Below are positions 49,201-57,799 of a stretch of DNA of 64,000 bases, piece after piece. The stretch spans positions 2,272,001 to 2,336,000 of the forward strand of contig CBDFLE010000005.1 of the NCBI GenBank assembly GCA_965248925.1, in the 5' to 3' direction. The translations under genes were made by a program, and so were the position numbers. Position 1 is the first letter of the stretch. Each line of letters begins with the position of its first letter. Source of the DNA: Candidatus Multivoradales bacterium (lineage in GTDB: Bacteria > Acidobacteriota > Thermoanaerobaculia > Multivoradales > J023). The notes under the pieces were generated by a model, which did no database searches, was not told the origin of the DNA, and saw only the letters and a program-made list of their open reading frames with translations.

Positions 49201-50900
49201 ATCTGGTGCTGCGCCAGCCGATTTCCTCGGTCGCCTTCCCCCAGGATCCGGCGGCTCTGCGCCGCACCAACCGCGACGACAGCCAGGGCACCGACCTCAC
49301 CGTGCTGCACGGCCTGTGGCAAGACACCCTGGCGATCGCCGTCGAGGATCCGCACGGCAACCCGGTGGCCAACCAAGACGTGGCTTTCACCAACACCGTC
49401 TTCGTCGCCCCTGGCATCACCTGCACCAACGCTCCGCCGGACCCCACCCCAGGTGCCTTCTTCGACGCCTCAATCGACTCGATCACCGGTGGCTTCACCG
49501 GCTGCCCGGTCACTACGCCCCGTTTCGGCGATTGCGGCAGCTCCGATTTGACCCTGAGAACGACCTCCTCGGGTCAGGTCTCGGCCGGTTTCATCGCCGG
49601 CCCCAGCGCCATTACCAGCTACCCGGCAACCGTCAGTTCAGCCGCCTTGCCACCGCTGTCTTACGAGTACAGCATTTCCTTCATCAACAACACGGGCCTC
49701 AACCACGACCACTGCGGGCCGCTGGCACAGCGCTTCGTGCGCACTTTCGGGTTCTTCGCCGACGCCGCCGGCCAGCCCAGCTCGGCAGTGCGAGCCGGCC
49801 AGGTCTACGACCCACCGGTCGGAGTCGAGGCCCTCGAATGGGTGCCCGAGTGCCAGGGGATAGGGATCGCCGACCCCAGCCCGGGGGGACCGCTGTTCTT
49901 CCTGGTCTGCAACGAGCTACGAGGCGAGTGGCGACCCGCCTATTTCTACCAGGACGGCAGCCATCCGCTGGCGGTTGAACTGCTGCCCGCCGGCACCACC
50001 ACGCCGCCACAGATCGACAACCTCCTCGGCCGCCTCGAGAGCCGGCTGCAAGCCGGCCTCGACCCAGCCTTGCACACTGCTCGGGTGTCGCTACCAGTGC
50101 TGCCCAAGAGTCCCTACCTCGACGACTTCAATGGCGAAGTCACTGTGCTCGAAACCCCCGAGGACTACCTCGCCGTCGGCCTGCTCGACATTGCCCTCGG
50201 ACTGATCGCCAACATCGACCAAGAAATCGGCAGTCTGTGGGGGGTGCAAGCTCAGATCACCAGCTTCGAGCCGCCTATCGTGCCCCTCGACGACGACGGC
50301 CTCGCAGCTGAGCCGGTAGCGGTGAGCTACCAGATCGCGCCGGCCGAGTATCAGCCCACTAGTGCTTTCGTCGAGCTGCTGCGCGACGGCCAACAGGTCG
50401 ACCTCTTGCGCGGCCAGAGCATCGCTGGAGAAGGTCTCGCCGAGCTGCCCCGCGGCCTTGAGCTGGGCCTCGACGGTCTGTGGCAGGCCGAGCTGGTGCT
50501 CAATCTCGACACTCCGATCGAAGTACGCGGCGACCCCGTGCCGGTGCCCCTAGAGCAGCAGCTCTTCGCCGACTACAGCCGCGCCTTGGCGGTGCGCCAG
50601 GATGTCGACCTGCTCAACCAGCGACGCTGCGCCCAGCCGACCCTCTTCAGCTTTGAGCTCAACCGCCCGGCCGAGGTCACCCTGATCGCCCGCCGGATCG
50701 AGAGCGTCGAGACCGACGGCAGCCTCAACACCGCCGCCGCCATCACCCTGATCGAAGCCGAGATGTTTGCCGACGGCGAGCACGGCGAGCCGATCAGCCC
50801 CACCGACCTGCCCCCCGGCGACTACCTGATCGAGCTGCGCGGCATCGACGCGGTGGATGGCTACGAGGAGGTCCGCGAGGCCCGGCTGAGTTCCGATTGG
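45948..50900 (+). repeat. Direct repeat copy 1 (portion matched within window)
   Basis: GTTGGCGTTGGGCGACCAGCAGATC... at 45948 recurs at 59036. Colinearity continues to the window end (offset 13088, then 13100 after a 12-bp insertion). Confidence 0.97.
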
Positions 50901-53900
50901 GACATCTCCGAAATACTGCCCATCGGCCATACCTTGGTCCACGGTGTCGACCTTTTCGATGGCCACCTCACCATCAGTAGAACCGATCTCGAAATCCCCG
51001 GCCGCGGCATCGGCCTGGCGCTGCGGCGCACCTATTCGAGCCTGGCGGTGTCGAGCGGCGGCCCCTTCGGCCTGGGCTGGAACCATCGCTACCAGTCGCG
51101 AGTCGTGATCACCCCCTGCGGCGAGGCCATCTTGATCGGCGGCGAGGGCTCGGGCCTGCGTTTCGTCGACGATGGCCAGGGCGGACTACGCCCGCTGCGC
51201 GGCTCTCACGGCACCCTGCGGGCCGACCCGGCTGACGGCGGCTTCGACTTCTTCACCACCTCCGGCAACCGCTTCCACTATCTCTTCTCGGAAGACAGCA
51301 CCTGGCATTTGGCCTGGACCGAAGACCCCAACGGCAACCGCACCACCCTCACCTACATCGCCGGCGCCGATGGCCCCCTGCTGCGTCAAGTCACCGACTC
51401 CAGCGGCCGAGCCCTGGTTTTCGACTACCGCCAGGCCAGATTTGCTGCCTGGGATGGACCGGTGATCGAGCACATCACCGGCCCTGGCGGCCTGGCGATG
51501 AGCTTCGATTACGACCGTTTCGGTAACCTGATCACCGCCCAGCGCGACAACCAGAGTCGCATCGAGCGCTACACCTACCAGACCCAGCCCAACGCCGGCC
51601 TGGAGCTGCGGCCGGTGATGACCTCGACGACCAATGGTCTCTCAGGCGCCAGCACCCATTACACCTGGCAGAGCGGCGCCGTGGCCATCGAAGCCGGATT
51701 GTCGATCGATGCCTTGCTAGTAAGCTCGATCACCCACCCTGAAGGAGGAGTCGCCACATTCGCCTTCGATCAGCAGCTGCTCGGCAACGCCGCCACGCTA
51801 GAGCTAGAGACCACCGTCACCGATCGCCGCCAGCGGGCCACCACTTACCGTCTTAACCGCTACGGCAGCCCGGTGGTGATCACCGACCCCATCGGCCACA
51901 CAACCCGCAAGACCTGGACCCCCGGCGACGTGCTGATGCTCAGTCGCACTGACCAGAATGGGGTCGTCACTAGCTTCGAGTACGACCAGCACGGCAACCG
52001 GACCACCGAGCGCGTCCAAGTCACCGACGAGACCGGCACCCTGGTCACCCGCGAGCGCCTGAGCACTTACTTTTCGCCCTCAGCCTTTATCGCAGAAGGC
52101 ATCAAAAACCACCTCAAGAGCCACACCGACGGCCGTGGCCACACCACCCAATTTGAGTACGACGCCCAGGGCAATCTGACCCGCCAACACATCACCGTCA
52201 TCGATGCCGAGGGCGCCGCCTCCACCGTCGAGAGCCGCCACACCTACTACTCAAACGGCGACCGCCGCACCACCACCGATGCTCGCAGCCACGCCAGCAC
52301 CTTCACTTGGGACACTTTCGGCAACCCGGCCACCGTGCGCGACCGCGAAAACGGCCTGACCACCTTCGCCTTCGATTCACGAGGCCGCCAGCTCAGTCAG
52401 ACCGACCCCAACAGCCACACCACCCGGCTGGCCTACGACGACCTAGACCGCCTGATCCTGCGCACCCTCGCCGACGGCAGCGTAGAGCAGATCCAGCACG
52501 ACGACATCGCCCGCACCCGCACCCAGATCGATCCCCGTGGCCACGCCACCCGGACCAGCTTCGATCTAGAAGGCCGGCCCATCGAGATCGTCAACGCCGA
52601 GGGCGGTCAGCAGCAGATGGAGTACGACCCAGAAGGCAACCTAACGCTAGAGAGCACCGTCTTCGACGCCACCACCCTCCGCCACAACACCCTGCTGGTT
52701 TACGACGACGCCGGCCGCCTGATCCGTCGCGAAGAGCCCGAGGGCCGCACCACAGACCGAGAACTAGACCCAGCCGGCAACGTCCTGCGCCAGACCCTCG
52801 CCGACCGCGGCGACCCGAGCTTCACCCCCCGCGTCACCGAGACCGACTACGACCGGCTCAACCGCCCCATCGAGACCCGACGCCTGCTCGACGCCGGCTT
52901 CATCGCCGGCCAGATCGCCTTCGATCTGGAAAACAACCCCGTCCACAGCACCGACCCTCTCGGCCGAGTGACGACGATCACATTCGACGCCCTCGACCGC
53001 GAGATCGAGCGCACCGAGCCCGAGTGGAAAGCCGGCACCCCGAGAGTCAGTCAACGTTTCTGGGACGGCAACGGCAACCTGATCAAGACGGTGCTTTTCA
53101 ACGAGCCCGAAAACCAGATCCGCGAGACCACCTACGATCGCCTCAACCGCCCGATCCGCCAGCTCGACGCCACCGGCGAGCTGCGGACGATGGAATACGA
53201 CCCGGCAGGAAATCTGACTGTCAAGATCGACCGCCGCGGCCACCGCACCGAGCACCAATACGACGAACGCAACCGCCGCATCAAAACCACCGTCAAGCTC
53301 GCCGCTGGCAACGCCATCACCGAATTCACCTTCGATCCCTCTAGCAACCTGATCGAGCAGCTCCAGCCCAACCAGAACCGCATCACCCACACCTACGACC
53401 CGCTCAATCGCCGTCTCACAAGCGACGACCGCGAAGGCCAGCTCAGCCAGACCGGCTACGACGCTCGCGGCGTCCCCATCCGCCAAGAAGACGCCAACGG
53501 CAATGTCACCCTCAGCCAGTTCGACGGCCTCGGCCGCATGATCCGCCAGGATCTGCCCGAAGACCGCACCGTCCTACAAACCTACGATGTAGCCGGCAAC
53601 CGCCTAGCCACCACTAACCCCCGCGGCCACGCCACCACCGCCCGCTTCGACACCCTCAACCGTCAGATCGAAGAACTCTCGCCAGCCCCCTTCAACTACC
53701 TGCGCCAGATGACCTGGGACGACGCCGGCAACCTGCTCTCAGAAACCGACCGCCGAGGCAACACCACCGAATTCACCTACGACGACCTCGACCGCCGGAT
53801 CACCCGGCTAGAACCACCCGTCCTGAGCGACGGCTCCGAGGTCCGCTACCTCACCACTTGGGCCCAGGACACCGCCGGCAACCAGCTCACCGAGGTCGAC

Positions 53901-56900
53901 CCCCGAGGCATCCTCACCGAGAACCGCTGGGACGCCGAGAACCGCCGCACCCACACCCTGCGCGCCAATCTGCTCATCGAGCAGGTTGAGTTTGATGCCG
54001 CCGGCAACCGAACGAAAATCTGGGATGCCAACCGCAACCTAGCCCAATTCGACTATGACGAACGCCAGCTCATCATCACCGAGCGCCGCCCCCTCGGCGC
54101 CACCACCACCTTCACCCGCGACAGTATGGGCGACGTAATCCGCCGCCAAGACCCAGCCGGCAGATTCACCGATTCCACCTTCGACTTCCGCAGGCGCAAG
54201 CTCACCAGCACCCGCTTTGGCGAAGGAAATCGCCCCGAAACCACCACTTCCTCTTACGATTCCCAGGGCAACCGCATCGGCAAGCTGCGCCCCGAGGGCA
54301 ACGCCTGGACTTACAGCTTCGACGGTGCCCACCGCCTCACCGAAGTCGAAGACCCCGACGGCGATCTCACCACCTACGAACTCGACCAAAACGGCAACCT
54401 CATCACCCAGATCGACGCCGCCAGCCAACCCACCACCTACACTTGGGACGAGCTAGACCGCCGCACCTCCATCACCCAGGCCGACGGCGCCACCGAGACC
54501 TTTACGTTCGACGAAAACGGCAACCTCGCCCAACACCGAGACGCCAAAAACCAACTCTTCACCCGCACCCACGACTCGCTGAATAGGGAAATAGCCCTTC
54601 AGTACCCAGAAGACCCCTCCACCGACGACGACCTCGAGCAGATCACCACCACCTGGGACGCCAACGGCAACCACCTCCAAACCGCCGAACACTTCACGCA
54701 AACGGGGGAACTCACCACCACCCAGACCTGGGACGATTTTGATCGCCTAGCCACCCGAACCGACCGCTGGGACAACACCCTCATTCACGGCTACGATCTC
54801 AACGGCAACCGCACCCTGCTCATTGACCCGGCGGGCATCCCAACCACCACCACCTTCGACGCCCTCAACCGAGTCGACACCGTCACCACCCCCGGCGGAG
54901 TCACCGACTATCAGTACCTCGCCAACAGCCTGCTCAGCCAGATCGACTATCCCAACGGCACCACCAGCACCTGGCAATACGATCCCGCCAACCGCATCAG
55001 GGACCTCGACCATCGCCAGAACACCGCCCTGATCTCCAGCTTCCAATACCAGTACGACCGCAACGGCAACCGCACTGAGCAGATCGAGACCCACACCAGC
55101 CAGCCAGCCGAAACCACCATCTACGCTTTCGATCTAGTAGACCGCCTCGCCACCGTCGCCTACCCCGAGAAAACCGTCACCACCACCTACGATGCTGTAG
55201 GCAATCGCATCTCAGAATCGGCCGTCGACAACGGCGCCACGACGATCACCGACCGCCTCTACGCCTACGACAATCGCCACCGATTAGTAACTGTCACCGA
55301 CCAACTCGACGCCGCCCAAGCCGTCACCTACACCCACGATGCCAACGGCAATCAGTCAACCCGAACAAGAGACAGCCAGCTAACCCAGCTGACCTACGAC
55401 ACTCGCGATCAGCTCACCCAGGTCATCGAAGCCAGCGTCATCCAAGGCACCTACGCATTCGACGCCACCGGCCTCAGAGTCCAAAAGCTAACTGCTGAAG
55501 GTGAAGCGAGATACGTCTACGATCAGCAAAGCGTCCTGACTCGAGAAGACAACGATGGAATCACCAAATTCAACTACGCCCCAGATCGCTTGCTCTCCGT
55601 CGATGACCCCGTAGAAGGCCGCGCCTACTACCTCCACGACGCCCTGGGCAGCGTCGTCGGGCTGATGACCCCCGGCGGCAGCCTGCTCGGTCGATATCGC
55701 TGGGACGCCTGGGGCAACAAGCGGGCCTCAGTTGAAACCGACGCCAACCCCTTCGGCTTCACCGGCCATGAGCACGATGAGGAAACCGGGCTGATCTACG
55801 CCAAGGCACGGTTCTATGATCCGGAATTGGGGCTCTTCTTGAACTCTGATCCGGCCGAAGGCGACTTGCAGAATCCACCGAGTCTGCATCGGTATCTGTA
55901 TGCCTTCCAGAACCCGACCGTCTACACCGATCCCGATGGTAGAGCGCCCCTCGGCCTAGACTTTGCGCCTCTGCTCATTCCCGTCCAGGACGCATACCGC
56001 CAATCGCTCGCAGAAGAGTCGCGATTCCTGACCAATGCAGAATTCGACGCGCTACCCGACGCAGAGCGAGAGCGCCGCATCGACGAAGAGTTCGATCGGC
56101 TCATCACTGGTCGTCCCTCCACGCCTACCGGCACCACCAGCGAGCAGGGCAAGACCCAAGAATCCGGTATTCGTGCGGCCCTCGACAACTTCTTCATCGA
56201 CCCGTTCAGAAGGCTTGGCGAATCCGCCCGGCGCACTATTGAGGGCTTCGAGAAGCTAAGCGACAAGATCTCCACCCGCGACAACCGCGACGAATTCCAG
56301 AAAGCCAAAGAACCATCCCTTGGAGGAGCCCACGGCGGTGTAACAATCCTCGTCGAAGCCAATGAGCAAGCGGGTGTCGTGGCATCGAGAGCTGCCCAGA
56401 CAGCCCTCGATGCCGAAGAAGCCATCGGCCGTGTTAGCCTCGGCGGGTTGGGGATTGGGCTAGGGAAGAGGCTAGTAAAGAAGGGCGCGCAGGAGGGTGC
56501 GGAGTTTGGCGCGAAGGCTGCGGCGAGAGGCCCAAGAAGCACGCCAAGCGGGATACCCGGCTTACCTCGATCACTTGGAGCCGCCGGTCAGATAGAAATC
56601 CAAAGCAGCATCGGAAGTAGCAAGTATGCGGTCAGGCTAGCAGAGAGCATGGGAGATGCCGCTCAACGCGATGTCGACGCACTTATCAGTGCGCTTCGCA
56701 GCGGCAATTCAAACCCGGGTATTGGAACGAAAAATATCGGCGGCGGGTTCTTTGAACTCCGCGGCCGCAACGCTGGAAGAGTGATCGTAAGGCGGACTGG
56801 GATCAACTCCTTCGATGTTGTCGGCAAGTTCCAAGGCCATGCCCGTGGAGACGCGGCAAACTCACAGATCATCCGTCGCCTAATCGAGGACGCGCAGTGA
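46242..56900 (+). CDS. RHS/YD-repeat polymorphic toxin (3552 aa) with signal peptide, transglutaminase-like domain, Ig-like domains, DUF6531, RHS core and RelE-like C-terminal toxin
   Basis: N-terminal hydrophobic signal; YAGSMKGA..GNDVDQASLLIALYRASG..ARYV..HTWV (transglutaminase fold); GVDLFDGHL..RTYSS..FGLGW (DUF6531); dozens of YD/xDxxG repeats; core FGFTGHEHDEETGLIYAKARFYDPELG..DP..YAFQNPTVYTDPDG (DPDG 55929-55940), followed by a ~319-aa extension. Confidence 0.95.
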   Translation: MNCPTTRPRFARSFRRWLTSAGILLLASAVLATEPPAETSRTALETRILDQLARGRSIEGPLASWRSTRPVSTEESPTKTAPTSLNEALVELRQALPSKAKSRLDTSALTAAWESFQAWDLLQGDRFERTAARLDAAGLSGEPRARLERVRGDWQEFHDRLKTLLAEPLASLRTAQRTEQPALNVAAKAAAELLDTYPATLDRPMLRATSLPYRQLRLPARLPVTEPAIVPSYLDLADPGSTPTDLEPSSAAPLADEILLQAEELGYDYVAIYEFVRHQIATEWYAGSMKGALGTLRQGAGNDVDQASLLIALYRASGAAARYVGGVIELPLPWLNTQLGLDDGTAVADYLARAGIAHRPVIRGGRIAAFDVEHTWVSAHVPYSNYRGSVVDFSGRSWIPLTPALEPVERQPSTEVLAAMGFTANNFVTEMLSAAQLETPLSLLRQRVEQYLLDTDGGTYAEQLGSVTSTGQPLGLLPNGFYHPVLAVTFEDSELPASARHRLRLITRGETTAGSPAILDHQLDLHQALGRRLTLSYAPATSDDHLIINLWGGLAEVPPFLVRLRPQLYIDGRRIAVGEPVDAAKLHRFEAVVEGPFGSQEISQIVLSGAYHAIAVGGQHFQATELADNDPGDGEQLAARLLSGLAYSYGADWDAAETEIGGLLAVSPARPLPALVIASNSLRAELLLGVPQRLIWEGVTLDAALRVAEPAARDGSTETAADWMRLAALEGSALEQAIFEGQFQVAAISADRGLALARDSGIEVLRLDAGNLTAELPSLNHPQTVRDDVVALIAQGLTVEIPRQPISVSAWTGSTWRAEDPESGTAGYFLSGGLAGGATVEAPENWLLGFLADALAAPMSDSPNTDPLAGVELLVAEGTDSQLGTVDRVYRHPLAVRVLDAAGRPVQGTEVTFYIWAGDGRLLDTQNQESTSLTLRSDARGMARVKLRSGKHTAANPLFLRRFDSDIFQTRVLENVVEAVASSRLGNLVLRQPISSVAFPQDPAALRRTNRDDSQGTDLTVLHGLWQDTLAIAVEDPHGNPVANQDVAFTNTVFVAPGITCTNAPPDPTPGAFFDASIDSITGGFTGCPVTTPRFGDCGSSDLTLRTTSSGQVSAGFIAGPSAITSYPATVSSAALPPLSYEYSISFINNTGLNHDHCGPLAQRFVRTFGFFADAAGQPSSAVRAGQVYDPPVGVEALEWVPECQGIGIADPSPGGPLFFLVCNELRGEWRPAYFYQDGSHPLAVELLPAGTTTPPQIDNLLGRLESRLQAGLDPALHTARVSLPVLPKSPYLDDFNGEVTVLETPEDYLAVGLLDIALGLIANIDQEIGSLWGVQAQITSFEPPIVPLDDDGLAAEPVAVSYQIAPAEYQPTSAFVELLRDGQQVDLLRGQSIAGEGLAELPRGLELGLDGLWQAELVLNLDTPIEVRGDPVPVPLEQQLFADYSRALAVRQDVDLLNQRRCAQPTLFSFELNRPAEVTLIARRIESVETDGSLNTAAAITLIEAEMFADGEHGEPISPTDLPPGDYLIELRGIDAVDGYEEVREARLSSDWDISEILPIGHTLVHGVDLFDGHLTISRTDLEIPGRGIGLALRRTYSSLAVSSGGPFGLGWNHRYQSRVVITPCGEAILIGGEGSGLRFVDDGQGGLRPLRGSHGTLRADPADGGFDFFTTSGNRFHYLFSEDSTWHLAWTEDPNGNRTTLTYIAGADGPLLRQVTDSSGRALVFDYRQARFAAWDGPVIEHITGPGGLAMSFDYDRFGNLITAQRDNQSRIERYTYQTQPNAGLELRPVMTSTTNGLSGASTHYTWQSGAVAIEAGLSIDALLVSSITHPEGGVATFAFDQQLLGNAATLELETTVTDRRQRATTYRLNRYGSPVVITDPIGHTTRKTWTPGDVLMLSRTDQNGVVTSFEYDQHGNRTTERVQVTDETGTLVTRERLSTYFSPSAFIAEGIKNHLKSHTDGRGHTTQFEYDAQGNLTRQHITVIDAEGAASTVESRHTYYSNGDRRTTTDARSHASTFTWDTFGNPATVRDRENGLTTFAFDSRGRQLSQTDPNSHTTRLAYDDLDRLILRTLADGSVEQIQHDDIARTRTQIDPRGHATRTSFDLEGRPIEIVNAEGGQQQMEYDPEGNLTLESTVFDATTLRHNTLLVYDDAGRLIRREEPEGRTTDRELDPAGNVLRQTLADRGDPSFTPRVTETDYDRLNRPIETRRLLDAGFIAGQIAFDLENNPVHSTDPLGRVTTITFDALDREIERTEPEWKAGTPRVSQRFWDGNGNLIKTVLFNEPENQIRETTYDRLNRPIRQLDATGELRTMEYDPAGNLTVKIDRRGHRTEHQYDERNRRIKTTVKLAAGNAITEFTFDPSSNLIEQLQPNQNRITHTYDPLNRRLTSDDREGQLSQTGYDARGVPIRQEDANGNVTLSQFDGLGRMIRQDLPEDRTVLQTYDVAGNRLATTNPRGHATTARFDTLNRQIEELSPAPFNYLRQMTWDDAGNLLSETDRRGNTTEFTYDDLDRRITRLEPPVLSDGSEVRYLTTWAQDTAGNQLTEVDPRGILTENRWDAENRRTHTLRANLLIEQVEFDAAGNRTKIWDANRNLAQFDYDERQLIITERRPLGATTTFTRDSMGDVIRRQDPAGRFTDSTFDFRRRKLTSTRFGEGNRPETTTSSYDSQGNRIGKLRPEGNAWTYSFDGAHRLTEVEDPDGDLTTYELDQNGNLITQIDAASQPTTYTWDELDRRTSITQADGATETFTFDENGNLAQHRDAKNQLFTRTHDSLNREIALQYPEDPSTDDDLEQITTTWDANGNHLQTAEHFTQTGELTTTQTWDDFDRLATRTDRWDNTLIHGYDLNGNRTLLIDPAGIPTTTTFDALNRVDTVTTPGGVTDYQYLANSLLSQIDYPNGTTSTWQYDPANRIRDLDHRQNTALISSFQYQYDRNGNRTEQIETHTSQPAETTIYAFDLVDRLATVAYPEKTVTTTYDAVGNRISESAVDNGATTITDRLYAYDNRHRLVTVTDQLDAAQAVTYTHDANGNQSTRTRDSQLTQLTYDTRDQLTQVIEASVIQGTYAFDATGLRVQKLTAEGEARYVYDQQSVLTREDNDGITKFNYAPDRLLSVDDPVEGRAYYLHDALGSVVGLMTPGGSLLGRYRWDAWGNKRASVETDANPFGFTGHEHDEETGLIYAKARFYDPELGLFLNSDPAEGDLQNPPSLHRYLYAFQNPTVYTDPDGRAPLGLDFAPLLIPVQDAYRQSLAEESRFLTNAEFDALPDAERERRIDEEFDRLITGRPSTPTGTTSEQGKTQESGIRAALDNFFIDPFRRLGESARRTIEGFEKLSDKISTRDNRDEFQKAKEPSLGGAHGGVTILVEANEQAGVVASRAAQTALDAEEAIGRVSLGGLGIGLGKRLVKKGAQEGAEFGAKAAARGPRSTPSGIPGLPRSLGAAGQIEIQSSIGSSKYAVRLAESMGDAAQRDVDALISALRSGNSNPGIGTKNIGGGFFELRGRNAGRVIVRRTGINSFDVVGKFQGHARGDAANSQIIRRLIEDAQ

Positions 56901-57142
56901 GGGGCAAGCAAGAGGTTAGGACCGTGCGCGAGCTGAGCGGCGAGATCTGGGCCGAGGTTCAAAGCAGATTCAGCAACGAAGAAATCGATTGGCGTGTTCA
57001 GGGCCGCCTCGCCGATGTTGTGATGGGTATCTTGGCCCGCCACGCGGGTAAGGTCATCGAAAATGATCGGGACCTTCCAGTCTTGCCACTTCCAAAGTTG
57101 GATTTTGGCGCGACCTGCGAGGATGAGGAGCAGGCTGAATAG
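56897..57142 (+). CDS. Probable cognate immunity protein (81 aa)
   Basis: Small ORF with an acidic tail whose GTG overlaps the toxin stop (GTGA), the usual position for polymorphic-toxin immunity genes. No family recognised. Confidence 0.7.
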   Translation: MRGKQEVRTVRELSGEIWAEVQSRFSNEEIDWRVQGRLADVVMGILARHAGKVIENDRDLPVLPLPKLDFGATCEDEEQAE

Positions 57143-57192
57143 GTGTCAACCGAATCTATTCTCACCTAGAACAAGCAGCTTGCTTTGAACAC

Positions 57193-57212
57193 AGCCCGGC
57201 GATCGCCGGGCT
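57193..57212. terminator. Perfect 20-bp palindrome, likely terminator between convergent immunity and XRE genes
   Basis: AGCCCGGCGATCGCCGGGCT is its own reverse complement and is followed by TTC on the + strand. Confidence 0.6.
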
Positions 57213-57230
57213 TTCGTGATTCAGGAACTA

Positions 57231-57566
57231 CTAGCCAGAGGCCAGCCGCTTGGCCTGATGCTGGAGGATGAGCCCATCGAGGACTGTCTTGGCGACCTTC
57301 CTGGCGTCGGGATCAAACTGGGCCAGGGCCTCGAACTGAAGCAGCAGATCATCGCTGGGTCCTCTTTCCTCGGCATCGAAGAGCAACGCATCTGCACTCA
57401 CGCTGAGAGCGACTGAGAGTTTCCGAATCGCGTCGAGTCCAGGCTGGGAAGAACCTCCCTCGTAGCGGCGCACCTGCACAACGTGGAGCCCGACAGTGTC
57501 AGCAAGCGCCTGCTGGGTAAGGCCCCGTTGCTTTCGTAGTGTGCTCAGCCGTTGTGCGAATTCCAT
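57231..57566 (-). CDS. XRE-family helix-turn-helix transcriptional regulator (111 aa)
   Basis: MEFAQRLSTLRKQRGLTQQALADTVGLHVVQVRRYEGGSSQPGLDAIRKLSVALSVSADALLF is a clear HTH_3 pattern. ATG 57566 is preferred over the ORF-track start 57620. Confidence 0.9.
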   Translation of the reverse strand: MEFAQRLSTLRKQRGLTQQALADTVGLHVVQVRRYEGGSSQPGLDAIRKLSVALSVSADALLFDAEERGPSDDLLLQFEALAQFDPDARKVAKTVLDGLILQHQAKRLASG

Positions 57567-57799
57567 CTCAAGGTGTCCCGTCCGCCGCGTCCACAAGCAT
57601 ATTTGTGGCTGAAGGGTCACTTTATTGGTCGCCTGCCCTTGCTGGTGGCCAGCGCCGTACTGACAATTCTCAACTCACTCAGAGAACCTCCTCGACGGAT
57701 CTCGATTTCCTCTGGTTGCCCAGAATCCTTGTGTCCCGGACGCAGCTCACCATGGACAGCGTGCTGCGGTCTGCCCTTCCTTCGCCGTCCCGAGCCGCT

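Noticed and set aside
51300-55700. Strong C/A-rich periodicity (ACC, GAC, TAC GAC)
   Set aside because: Explained by Thr/Asp/Tyr-rich YD repeats of the RHS protein; not a DNA-level array or DGR template.
55922-57416. Alternative ORFs 55922..56542(-), 56663..57043(-), 57216..57416(+)
   Set aside because: They overlap the better-supported toxin, immunity and XRE genes on the opposite strand.
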